A DNA stretch of 64,000 bases, from contig JBMOEX010000001.1 of assembly GCA_049314535.1 (NCBI GenBank), positions 404-64,403 on the forward strand, written 5' to 3'. Shown one piece after another: positions 1 through 8,669 of the stretch. How positions within the stretch are numbered: the stretch's first letter is position 1; every line of letters starts with the position of its first letter. Below the pieces are notes generated by a model. The model worked only from the letters and a program-made list of their open reading frames with translations. It had not been told where the DNA came from and ran no database searches. The DNA is from Vampirovibrionia bacterium. Its GTDB lineage: Bacteria > Cyanobacteriota > Vampirovibrionia > LMEP-6097. The translations under genes were made by a program, and so were the position numbers.

Positions 1-891
1 AGAAAATCCACTCTCTTTATTTGGATCTCTGCCATCGGGCAAAGCGTTATGGTGCAGGGAAATAAATAAATTACATTTATTCTTCTTAGAGATTTTTACA
101 CGTTCACTTAAGCTCTTCTCTGTATCATGGTTTCGAGTAAGTATGGTTTTTACTCCTTGATGATTTAATTCTGCTGCGAGTTTTATAGCTAGGCTTAAAT
201 TTAAATCTTTTTCGAATATGCCTTTAGGAGAGATAGCTCCTATTTGGGAGCCGCCGTGACCAGGGTCTATGCAAACCAAAAGAGGCACTTCACTAAATGC
301 GAACGAGATATTAAGCACTTGATTTTTGAATTTAATTTTATGATTTATTGCGGGCTTTTGAAATTTAATATCGAAGATAATATTTGAGATTTGTTCTATT
401 TTGATTTCAGGGTTTAACTCTGAATAGTGAATCCAGTCTAAATCTTGCTCCATGATACCTAAATCTAATCTATAGTGATAAGCGTTAAATTTTTCTAGTC
501 TATAATCGGGGAGAGCGTTTAATGGAATAGATATATCTTTATTGCTGATTAAGATGCTCTGTAGAATATTGCCTGAACTTGTTCGTTCGGCTACACGCCC
601 ATTGTTTGAATTTGCCTGTTTAGTAAAAGCTCTATAGGGCTGAGCATAGGCTATTGGGTTTGGATTGTTATTGATATTTAAAACACCATAAACAGTGCGA
701 GTAAAGGATTTCCCGTCGATATTGATTTGTATTTTATTTTCACCAAGTTGGAGTTGAATTAGTTTACAGAAATTACCATTTTTCTCAAGTGCGATAGCAG
801 AATCGTTTATTAGGCAAGAGAGATTAGCTGAGCCAAGTATGAAGATCTCTTTGCTATCAGTTTCATGTCCTTCTGGAGGATAGACTAGCAT
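1..891 (-). CDS. N-acetylmuramoyl-L-alanine amidase (Amidase_3 family, AmiC-like), C-terminus runs off the window start
   Basis: Reverse-strand translation from the ATG at 891 gives MLVYPPEGHE...CIDPGHGG...LTRNHD...NLFISLHHNALPDGRD, the amidase_3 catalytic signature. The frame stays open to position 1. It carries an in-frame repeat fragment (GRVAERTSS). Confidence 0.7.
   Translation of the reverse strand, partial: MLVYPPEGHETDSKEIFILGSANLSCLINDSAIALEKNGNFCKLIQLQLGENKIQINIDGKSFTRTVYGVLNINNNPNPIAYAQPYRAFTKQANSNNGRVAERTSSGNILQSILISNKDISIPLNALPDYRLEKFNAYHYRLDLGIMEQDLDWIHYSELNPEIKIEQISNIIFDIKFQKPAINHKIKFKNQVLNISFAFSEVPLLVCIDPGHGGSQIGAISPKGIFEKDLNLSLAIKLAAELNHQGVKTILTRNHDTEKSLSERVKISKKNKCNLFISLHHNALPDGRDPNKESGFS
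575..603. repeat. fragment of the composite element (right end) in-frame inside the amidase CDS
   Basis: gaacttgttcgttcggctacacgccca is identical to 39929..39955. It encodes GRVAERTSS in both proteins. Confidence 0.65.
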
Positions 892-906
892 TGGCAAGCC
901 GTTAAT

Positions 907-1746
907 CTAAAGCCTAAAAGCTCCCCACTTAAATTTCTTCGCAGTCTCTTCGTCATCCTGATTCTCAGCATAACTTCCTTCAGAATTAGAGTTTACTGAA
1001 CTTGTGGTATTCATGCCTTTTAAAACGCTGTTGATGTCATTGATTGAACTATGACCGTTAGCTTGAGCTGTCTGTCTAACAAGCTGCTCGATAAGAGCGT
1101 TTTTGTAACTAGCTTCTCTTTCTCTGAGCTCAAGCTGTTCTTTGAGTTCTTGGATAACTTTCTGGCCTTCTCTAAGACTTCTTTCAGCAGTCTGTTTTTC
1201 GATTAAATTTTCTTGTTGAAGTTGTTTGACTTTGTGGTTGTATTCAATAAGCTCAGCCTTCATTTCATTGCAAAGCTGCTCAGTAGTTTCTTTCCAAGTC
1301 ATTAGCTCTTTTATTTTTCTGAGTAGGGCTTCTTTTTCATTGTGTAAAGCATCAGATTTATCCTGAAAATCCTGTCTAGTATGATCAAAATCTCTTTTAA
1401 ATTTAGATAGCTCTAATTCAGAGAGTTTTAACGCTTCACGCACTGAATCAAGGTCAGAGCCGAGTTGGCGATTTTGTGTTTTTTGCGTCTTAAGCTCTAA
1501 TTTAAGCTCTTCGTAATGACTCTCAACATGTTGATATTTAACTCTTAATGTCTCACTCTCATTAGCTTTGATAACATAGCCGTCCATCAAGGCGCTGAAT
1601 TCAGGAGAAACTTTATGTTCCTGCTTCTCAGCTAATACTTTAAGCTCCGATTTAATATCGCCCAAAAGATTTGAGAATATTTCTTTGCTTTCCTTCTCTT
1701 CGTTAGATAAATAAAGCTGGCTTGTGTTGTGATCTTCAAGAGTCAT
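907..1746 (-). CDS. coiled-coil hypothetical protein directly upstream of the amidase (same strand, 15-nt gap)
   Basis: 279-aa ORF, rich in Glu/Lys/Leu heptad-like sequence, no recognisable catalytic motif. Operon-like spacing with the amidase. Confidence 0.45.
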   Translation of the reverse strand: MTLEDHNTSQLYLSNEEKESKEIFSNLLGDIKSELKVLAEKQEHKVSPEFSALMDGYVIKANESETLRVKYQHVESHYEELKLELKTQKTQNRQLGSDLDSVREALKLSELELSKFKRDFDHTRQDFQDKSDALHNEKEALLRKIKELMTWKETTEQLCNEMKAELIEYNHKVKQLQQENLIEKQTAERSLREGQKVIQELKEQLELREREASYKNALIEQLVRQTAQANGHSSINDINSVLKGMNTTSSVNSNSEGSYAENQDDEETAKKFKWGAFRL

Positions 1747-1821
1747 ACTCAGAAATTTTAATTGATCTCTTAATATTTAGCAAGAAAACTGCTCGCTTAA
1801 ATTTGTTAAGATTCTGAAATA

Positions 1822-2145
1822 GTGAAAATTGGTGATGATTTTGATGACTTAAGCGGTTTTTCTGGCCTCTTTTCTTCTTCCTATGAAGACACGACTCGAT
1901 TTATTACGGAACTTAAAGATGACCCAAGCTTTGCGAAACATTTAAGAAATATTGAGTTTCTTGAAATTTCAGTTAAAAATTTGCAGTTTGAAAATGAGAA
2001 GAATCATAATCGCATAAAGGATCTTGAGCTAGAGCTAGATCAGCTCTATAAAGAAGCAGGGGCTTCTATAAACTTAAACAAAAAGCTTTTGCAGCAAGTG
2101 GAAAAATATAAATCTTTAACCAAGAACTTCCTTAATGAAAAATAA
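1822..2145 (+). CDS. small coiled-coil hypothetical protein
   Basis: 107-aa ORF, divergent from 907..1746, charged and Leu-rich. Confidence 0.35.
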   Translation: MKIGDDFDDLSGFSGLFSSSYEDTTRFITELKDDPSFAKHLRNIEFLEISVKNLQFENEKNHNRIKDLELELDQLYKEAGASINLNKKLLQQVEKYKSLTKNFLNEK

Positions 2146-2190
2146 AACTAGTTGAGTTTAATATATTTGCATGTTAAGATCTAAAGTCCT

Positions 2191-2403
2191 ATGAAGCAAA
2201 ACATACATCCAGAGACCCATGTTATTGTTGCTACTTGTACCTGTGGTGCTGAGTTTCTAGTTGAGTCTACAGAACCTTCTCTAAGAGTTGAAGTTTGCAG
2301 TAGTTGCCATCCTTTTTATGCGGGCACTAATAAGATTATAGATGCTGCTGGTAGAATAGATACATTTACTAAAAAGTATGCGAAGAAAAAAGTTGCTCAG
2401 TAA
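2191..2403 (+). CDS. rpmE: 50S ribosomal protein L31
   Basis: MKQNIHPETH...CTCGAEF...VCSSCHPFYAG, with the L31 zinc-ribbon CxxC...CxxC motifs. 70 aa. Confidence 0.9.
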   Translation: MKQNIHPETHVIVATCTCGAEFLVESTEPSLRVEVCSSCHPFYAGTNKIIDAAGRIDTFTKKYAKKKVAQ

Positions 2404-2483
2404 TTTTTCTCGATTTATCTATAATTTAGCGATTTTCTCTTAACTGAACCTTTATTTTTTTTTGATACTCATAAGCCTAAGAT

Positions 2484-2527
2484 GAGACTGTTTCCAAGCG
2501 CAGAAATTGTAGTTTGGAAACAGTCTC
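2484..2527. repeat. palindromic repeat element copy (GAGAC...GTCTC type), intergenic
   Basis: gagactgtttccaa-gcgcagaaattgtagt-ttggaaacagtctc. It has 14-bp perfect inverted arms, and its loop matches the family core cgcagaaattgGAGT. Confidence 0.6.
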
Positions 2528-2542
2528 AAGAGGTGTTTTCTT

Positions 2543-2917
2543 ATGGTTCACGTCGATAACTCTGCTATAAATCAATATCAGGGAGTTTCTTATAATTCTG
2601 AGTCAGAGGATTTTGGTCTTTTGAATGTTGAGGATTTTAGAGAAGACCTGTCTCCAGAAGAGAGAGATAGATTAATTAATTTTTTTAGTGAAGCCATTCA
2701 TACTCAGAATAAAGATGAGGCACAGGCTAGGCGCAGTGAATTAAAAGCTCTAAGAGATATGAGTAAATTTAAACGAGACGTATCTTTAAATGCGATGCTT
2801 ACTTCTGCTGGATATGATTCGATAAGGCATTCACAAAATTATCAAGAAAGTTCAACAGCTTATTTGGCTTTTGATAATTTAATTTCTGATTTAGAAGGTG
2901 TATTAGGATCTAAGTAG
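2543..2917 (+). CDS. hypothetical protein
   Basis: 124-aa ORF with no recognisable motif. Confidence 0.35.
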   Translation: MVHVDNSAINQYQGVSYNSESEDFGLLNVEDFREDLSPEERDRLINFFSEAIHTQNKDEAQARRSELKALRDMSKFKRDVSLNAMLTSAGYDSIRHSQNYQESSTAYLAFDNLISDLEGVLGSK

Positions 2918-3016
2918 TTTTAGAGATTATTAGTATTGAGATAATAATGCTTCTCATGAAGTGAAGATTTGTTAGTGCTGGGTTGATATGAAATGCTAGA
3001 ATCAGCTTGCTAGGCG

Positions 3017-3982
3017 ATGTCTAATAGTCTTGAGAATCAGATAAATATAGTAGTTTCAGAATTGCCTGTGGCTGTTAGGCTTGATGTATATTTAGCTGGG
3101 CTGGAATCGCTGAATTTAACTAGATCCTTTATTGGGACTTTAATTGAGGGTGGGAGAATTTTACTTAATGCTAAAGTGGTAAAGGCTTCTCATAAAGTTA
3201 AGAACAGCGATACGATTTCTATTAATCTTCCGCCGCCAAGGAGTTTAGATATATTGCCAGAGGCTATTCCCTTGGATATTGTTTTTGAAGATGAATATCT
3301 TTTAGTTTTAAATAAGCAAGCTGGTTTAGTGGTGCACCCTTCATCTAATACGGTGAATGGCACTCTAGTAAATGCTCTTCTGTACCATTGTAAAGATAGC
3401 TTATCCCAAATCAATGGCGTCTTAAGACCTGGTATAGTACACCGTCTTGATAAAGATACTACAGGCTTAATGCTAGCTTGTAAAAATGATTTAGCACATA
3501 AGCGTTTAGCAGAGCAGATTAAAAATAGGGAAGTTGAAAGATATTATCAGACTCTAGTTCTCGGAAACTTAAGAGAAACTAGTGGCTCTGTGATTAAGCC
3601 TATTGGGCGTGATCACAATGATAGGAAGCGGATGCGTACTTTTGAAACTCTAGAACACGCTAGGTATGCGAAAACTAACTGGCAGTTATTAAAAAGATAT
3701 AAATATAAGGCTTCTCAAGACCCTTTTACACTGCTTGAATGTAAGCTAGATACAGGTAGAACTCATCAAATTCGTGTTCATATGAATTACATAAAGCACC
3801 CCATTATTGGTGATGCTGTTTATGGCATAGAGAAAAATAAATTAAAAGCATATAGACCGCTTCTGCACTCATATAAATTAGAGTTTACCCATCCTATTAC
3901 AGAGGAAAGGCTGAAATTTGAAATAGATCTACCTGAAGATTTTAAAGTTTCGCTGAGTTTTCTTGAAGAAAATTTACACTAA
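3017..3982 (+). CDS. rluD: 23S rRNA pseudouridine synthase, RluA/RluD family (S4-like N-terminus plus catalytic domain)
   Basis: HRLDKDTTGLMLACKND catalytic Asp motif. N-terminal S4-like region. ...TGRTHQIRVHM. Confidence 0.8.
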   Translation: MSNSLENQINIVVSELPVAVRLDVYLAGLESLNLTRSFIGTLIEGGRILLNAKVVKASHKVKNSDTISINLPPPRSLDILPEAIPLDIVFEDEYLLVLNKQAGLVVHPSSNTVNGTLVNALLYHCKDSLSQINGVLRPGIVHRLDKDTTGLMLACKNDLAHKRLAEQIKNREVERYYQTLVLGNLRETSGSVIKPIGRDHNDRKRMRTFETLEHARYAKTNWQLLKRYKYKASQDPFTLLECKLDTGRTHQIRVHMNYIKHPIIGDAVYGIEKNKLKAYRPLLHSYKLEFTHPITEERLKFEIDLPEDFKVSLSFLEENLH

Positions 3983-3998
3983 TAGCAAGCTTAATGAT

Positions 3999-4045
3999 GG
4001 GCGTGCAGCCGATGAAAACGCAGAAATTGGAGTTCCGCTACGCCC
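3999..4045. repeat. palindromic repeat element copy at the convergent 3' ends of rluD and rplY
   Basis: gggcgtgcagc-cgatgaaaacgcagaaattggagttcc-gctacgccc. It matches the 121-nt composite element in the FtsX permease (39836..39956). It fills the 67-nt gap between the two stop codons. Confidence 0.6.
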
Positions 4046-4049
4046 TTGA

Positions 4050-4631
4050 TTACTTCTGGGCTTCAGCAGCGCTCTCAGTTATAGCTCCTCTCTTCGCTAC
4101 AACTTTAACAATAATTTCGCCACTTGGATCTAGAAGTTCTAATTTATCACCTAAATTTAGATCACCGAAGTTAATCATATCAGCAGGTTTTTTTAGAACA
4201 GAAATATCTATTTCGAAATCCTCTGGAATATCTCTCGGCAGGCATCTAACGTTCATTTCAGTGAACTGAGTTACAATGTCACAACCCATTTTAGCTGCTG
4301 GTGAATCACCTACGAATCTGAGAGCTACTTTTGTATTAAGTTTATTACCACTCTTAACTTTATAAAATTCAATATTTAAGATTTCGCCAGTAACGAAGTC
4401 TTTCTGTATATTACGAATAAGAGTTTCATATAGAGTCTCATCATCTTTAAGTTCGATTAAATGCTTATAGTCTTTAAAGCTTACTTTCTTAAAATCCTTA
4501 CCATTTACTTGGATGTCAATAGCGTTCTCTAATTCTGGCCCATAAATCGTAGCTGGAATTAAGCCTTCTCTCCTAAGAGCTCTTGGTTTACTATTTTCTT
4601 TACGCTTTTCAATTTTAAGTTCTGTAGCCAT
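4050..4631 (-). CDS. rplY: 50S ribosomal protein L25 / general stress protein Ctc
   Basis: MATELKIEKRKENSKPRALRREGLIPATIYG... is the typical L25 N-terminus. I placed the start at the internal Met (residue 12 of the track ORF). Confidence 0.8.
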   Translation of the reverse strand: MATELKIEKRKENSKPRALRREGLIPATIYGPELENAIDIQVNGKDFKKVSFKDYKHLIELKDDETLYETLIRNIQKDFVTGEILNIEFYKVKSGNKLNTKVALRFVGDSPAAKMGCDIVTQFTEMNVRCLPRDIPEDFEIDISVLKKPADMINFGDLNLGDKLELLDPSGEIIVKVVAKRGAITESAAEAQK

Positions 4632-4716
4632 GTCTTGATTTCCTGAACTTATAGATAATAGCAAAATATAGTCTGTTTTATCTAGTAATTTTTAGTTAGT
4701 TTGGGGGATATTTTAG

Positions 4717-5232
4717 GTGATGGTCTTGAATGCACTAGGTTCTGTAAGTATGGGGAATGATGCAAGCATTAGGGCTGGCCTCGGTAATTTAGCGGATAAA
4801 TTAGGTACCCCTAGTAATTCTAAAGTTAATGCTAAATCTATTAATACTCAGTTAATTAACAATACTCAACAGGTTAATTTTGAAGGATTTATTGCCCATC
4901 AATTAAACGCAGATAAATTAAAAAATCTAAAAACTGAAGATTTTAGAAATCAACTTGCTGACATTAAAAAATTAGGCGGGGCGGTAAAAAAATATTTCAC
5001 ACCAGGAGTTATGACCGATTATTTAACTGCCGTTCATTCTTTTTTAACAGATATTAAAGATAAGGCTTATGAGGGTGAAAATTCTGAAGATGGTTTTTTT
5101 GAAAGAATTAAAATCGTGGATGAAGAATTAGATCAGATGGCAAAAGATTATTTTAAAGATCAGTCTGCTGAACTCAAAATTGCAGCATCTTTGGATTTAG
5201 TTGAAGGTATGCTGGTTGATTTGATAGCATAG
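4717..5232 (+). CDS. hypothetical protein
   Basis: 171-aa ORF, hydrophilic, no motif recognised. Confidence 0.35.
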   Translation: MMVLNALGSVSMGNDASIRAGLGNLADKLGTPSNSKVNAKSINTQLINNTQQVNFEGFIAHQLNADKLKNLKTEDFRNQLADIKKLGGAVKKYFTPGVMTDYLTAVHSFLTDIKDKAYEGENSEDGFFERIKIVDEELDQMAKDYFKDQSAELKIAASLDLVEGMLVDLIA

Positions 5233-5250
5233 TCAGCTTATAATACAGTT

Positions 5251-8151
5251 GTGGATTTGGACCCTGTTTATTTAAAAGCAAAAGAGTTATTAGAATTTCA
5301 CAAGGAAGAGCTTAAGCGTATTAAGCTTTTGGATTTGTCTTGGTGGAGTCAGCAGGTTCTTTTATTCTCGTCTAAAAATCCACGCCTGCAAAAACAATTA
5401 TTTAAATTTGTTGATTTATACCCAAGTCTGAAGACGCCTGAAATGGTCAGTAAGTATCTACTTGAGTATATGAGAGAAGAGGATTTATTTCTTGGTGATT
5501 TAATTTATGTTGCTGCTCGTTTACCACTGGGAGATTCACTGATAGATCGTTTTACTAGATTTGGTGTTAAGTCTCTTGCTAAGAATTTTATTGTTGATAA
5601 TGATGAACAGAAATTGTCTAAGAAAATAGAGGAGCTTAGCCTTTCTGGATTGGATTGCACTTTAGATATTTTAGGTGAGCTTGCTATTAGTCAAGAGGAG
5701 TCAGAAAAATATTTACAAACATATTTAGATTTACTTGGAACTAAGCCAGGCATTGCCTTATCTGTTAAATTATCAAGTCTATGTCCGCAGATGAAAGCTA
5801 GTGCCTATGAGCTAAATAAAAAAACTCTAAAAGATAATTTGGCGAAGATTTTCCGTGCGGCTTTGGGGAATGGCTCTGAAATAACGATAGATAGTGAACA
5901 TTACGATACCAAAACCCTGTTTTTTGATACGGTAAAAGAATTACTGTTGACTGAAGAGTTTAAAAACTGGTCTGGTGCAGGGGTCGTTATACAAGCGTAT
6001 TTAAAGGAAAGTAAAAGTGATTTAATTTCTTTTATAGAATTCTCTCAAAAGAGAAAAGCTTCTTTGAAAATCAGATTAGTTAAAGGTGCTTATTGGGATT
6101 ATGAAAGAGCCGTGGCGATTCAGAATAATTGGAATATTCCAGTCTATGAAAGGAAAGTCGAGACCGATAAGAATTATGAAGAATTACTAGAACTACTTTT
6201 TAAAAATAATAAATATATTTTTCCTGCTATAGCTAGTCATAATATTCGCTCTATTGCTTTAAGCATCGAGCTTGCAAAGCTTTACAAAGTGGATAAGGAT
6301 AGATACGAGTTTCAGTTCCTTTATGGAATGCTAGATCATATGAAATTCTTTCTGTGTGAGCGTGCTTATGCTGTGAGAGTTTATCTTCCCTGTGGTGATT
6401 TAGTAGAAGGCATGGCGTATTTAGTTAGAAGGCTTTTAGAAAATACTGCTAATGATTCATTTCTGTTTCAAAGCTTGAGCGATGATAATCTAGACAAGCT
6501 TATTCAAAAGCCCATATCAAATAATGTTTTACCGACTAAGTTTGATGACTTTACTACTCAAGAGTTTACGAATTCACCGCTTTTAGATTTTTCTAAAATT
6601 AGAACACGTTTTGAAATGCAGTTTGCTATTGAGCAACTTATGAAGCAGATTAATCAACGTCCATTAGAGGTCTACCCGATTGTAAATGGCAAGGATGTTC
6701 TTCTGAGAAAGACTTTTGCCTCGATTAATCCTTCTCAAAAGAGTCAAGTAGTGGCTTATGCTCACGCTGCTGAAACTAGTGATGTTAATTTTGCCGTGAA
6801 TAATTCAAAGCAGGCTTTTATGTGGTGGTCACACCTAGCTGTGCAGAGAAGAATTAATATTATGAAGGCTTTTGCAAAGCTCTTGGAGAGGAAGCGACAA
6901 GATTATGCGGCTCTTTTGATTTTAGAGGTAGCTAAGACTTGGAATGAGGCTAATGCTGAGCTTTCAGAGGCTATTGATTTTATATATTATTATGCAGAGC
7001 AAGCAGAGAGCTTGTTTGCAGAGAATAAACTAAGATCACTGCTTGGTGAAGCCAACACTAATCTCTACAAGGCTTTAGGGGTGACTGCTGTAATTTCTCC
7101 TTGGAATTTCCCCTTAGCCATATTGCTGGGGATGACTTCAGCTGCCCTACTAGCTGGGAATACGGTTATTATTAAGCCTTCAGAGGAAGCACCGGCCATC
7201 GCATATAAACTCGTTACTGATTTGAATAAGGTGATTCGTGATTCTTTTCCTTTTAAAGATGCTAAATATGCTGAGTCGGTGGTGCAGTTGTTACTCGGTT
7301 CAGGCACGGAAATAGGTGCAGAATTAGTTAAACATAAGGATATTAACCTTATTACTTTTACGGGATCACATGAAACAGGCATGCAGATTAATAGGAGCCT
7401 GAATGAGCATCCTCATTTGAAGAAAAAACTAATCGCAGAGATGGGTGGTAAAAACGCTATTGTGGCAGATGAGACTGCTGATCTAGACCAGTTAATTCCA
7501 GCTGTTTTAAAATCTGCTTTTTCTTTTTCAGGGCAGAAATGTTCTGCTTGTTCGAGATTAATTTTAGTTAGCAGTATCTATGAAAAAGTTAAAGAGAGAT
7601 TAGTGGCTGCGGTGGGAGCTATTAATATAGGATCAGCTTCTCTAGCTGAATCTGATATGACCTCTTTGATTAATGAGAAGGCTTTTAAAAAATTTGAGAC
7701 ATATTTTAATTTAGCTAAACGTGAGGCTTCTATTGTGTTTGGAAATTGCTCAATGGATAAAGATTCTTTTAAAGCTTCTCCGGTAATTGTTGAAAATGTT
7801 TCTCCGCGCAGTGCTTTGGCTCAGGATGAAATTTTTGCACCGATCTTATGCCTGTTTGTGGTAGATGATTTTAATTCTGCTGTTGACCTAGCGAATGATT
7901 CTAAATATGGTCTTACTGGAGCCGTTTTTTCCAGAAGCCCTAAGAGTATTAATTATGCGAAAGAGAACTTTAATGTAGGTAATCTTTATGTAAATCAAGC
8001 TTGCACAGGTGCGATAGTTGGCAGGCAGGCTTTTGGTGGTACTAAGCTTTCTAGTATCGGTTATAAAGCTGGTGGCTCAAATTATCTCTTACAGTTTTTA
8101 GAAGAGAAGACTGTCACTGAAAACACTATGCGTCATGGAATGATAGTTTAA
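5251..8151 (+). CDS. putA: bifunctional proline dehydrogenase / delta-1-pyrroline-5-carboxylate dehydrogenase (PutA-like)
   Basis: 966 aa. The N-terminal half is a PRODH TIM-barrel (..VVIQAYLKES.., ..RLVKGAYWDYE..). The C-terminal half is an aldehyde dehydrogenase (..ISPWNFP.., ..EMGGKNA.., ..GQKCSACSR..). Confidence 0.85.
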   Translation: MDLDPVYLKAKELLEFHKEELKRIKLLDLSWWSQQVLLFSSKNPRLQKQLFKFVDLYPSLKTPEMVSKYLLEYMREEDLFLGDLIYVAARLPLGDSLIDRFTRFGVKSLAKNFIVDNDEQKLSKKIEELSLSGLDCTLDILGELAISQEESEKYLQTYLDLLGTKPGIALSVKLSSLCPQMKASAYELNKKTLKDNLAKIFRAALGNGSEITIDSEHYDTKTLFFDTVKELLLTEEFKNWSGAGVVIQAYLKESKSDLISFIEFSQKRKASLKIRLVKGAYWDYERAVAIQNNWNIPVYERKVETDKNYEELLELLFKNNKYIFPAIASHNIRSIALSIELAKLYKVDKDRYEFQFLYGMLDHMKFFLCERAYAVRVYLPCGDLVEGMAYLVRRLLENTANDSFLFQSLSDDNLDKLIQKPISNNVLPTKFDDFTTQEFTNSPLLDFSKIRTRFEMQFAIEQLMKQINQRPLEVYPIVNGKDVLLRKTFASINPSQKSQVVAYAHAAETSDVNFAVNNSKQAFMWWSHLAVQRRINIMKAFAKLLERKRQDYAALLILEVAKTWNEANAELSEAIDFIYYYAEQAESLFAENKLRSLLGEANTNLYKALGVTAVISPWNFPLAILLGMTSAALLAGNTVIIKPSEEAPAIAYKLVTDLNKVIRDSFPFKDAKYAESVVQLLLGSGTEIGAELVKHKDINLITFTGSHETGMQINRSLNEHPHLKKKLIAEMGGKNAIVADETADLDQLIPAVLKSAFSFSGQKCSACSRLILVSSIYEKVKERLVAAVGAINIGSASLAESDMTSLINEKAFKKFETYFNLAKREASIVFGNCSMDKDSFKASPVIVENVSPRSALAQDEIFAPILCLFVVDDFNSAVDLANDSKYGLTGAVFSRSPKSINYAKENFNVGNLYVNQACTGAIVGRQAFGGTKLSSIGYKAGGSNYLLQFLEEKTVTENTMRHGMIV

Positions 8152-8289
8152 GATAATTTTAAAAAAGCTTGTAATTTTTTTTATTTTATGAAATATTTAT
8201 AGATGAAGCAGAACTATTAAATTGTGATTGGAAGTCGTCTATGATTTTACTTTTTTATATAACGAAATAACTGTCATCTCACTGTTCTT

Positions 8290-8600
8290 GGGTGGTCTAA
8301 TCTACAATATCTAAAACTTGATTAAAGAGGGCTGGGTGGAAGTCTTTTGAAGCAGAACTACGCACACCAACCCTCAGGGACTATATTATATCCTGTTAAG
8401 GTTTAGGTCAATTAATAATTCTGCATATCGTTGAAAAATAGAAGGGCTCTGTATTTTGTACAGAACCCATTATTGGAGAGTTTTCTCAGTATAGATTTCC
8501 TCACACGATAATCGCTGAGAAAATAAGATGGCGTTTGATTTGAGCTGCCATCTTAAATAAGCTAGGTATCAATGCTTCCCCAGTCGGAGATACCTAGCTT
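8290..8600 (+). other. unannotated structured intergenic region, possibly an sRNA or cis-regulatory RNA, ending in a terminator-like hairpin
   Basis: The 518-nt gap between putA and tldD has no ORF longer than about 20 aa on either strand. It contains several stem-loops (gggctctgta/tacagaaccc, gatggc/gccatc). It ends with a 10-bp perfect hairpin gctaggtatc...gatacctagc followed by ttattattttta (8551..8600). Confidence 0.2.
8551..8600 (+). terminator. putative intrinsic terminator hairpin
   Basis: 10-bp perfect stem with an 18-nt loop, then a T-rich tract. It lies about 70 nt upstream of the tldD start. Confidence 0.35.
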
Positions 8601-8669
8601 ATTATTTTTAAAAGACTCCTTTATTCTCTTGTTAGAGAGTTTATGCGTTCTATAATATGATTAAGAACT

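Noticed and set aside
3994-4269. 91-aa plus-strand ORF (MMGVQPMKTQKLEF...)
   Set aside because: It lies on the opposite strand of the well-supported rplY gene and across the intergenic repeat copy. Its Ser-rich, low-complexity translation is typical of antisense read-through.
8300-8420. tmRNA or SRP RNA candidate in the putA-tldD gap
   Set aside because: There is no tRNA-like 3' end (GGUUCGAUUCC...CCA), no tag-peptide ORF ending in hydrophobic A-A, and no SRP domain-IV motif.
8430-8480. GGGCUC...ACAGAACCC resembling the RNase P RNA P4 strands
   Set aside because: The two halves are adjacent and form a simple hairpin. In RNase P RNA they are 250-300 nt apart and flank the conserved domains, and no other RNase P motifs are present.
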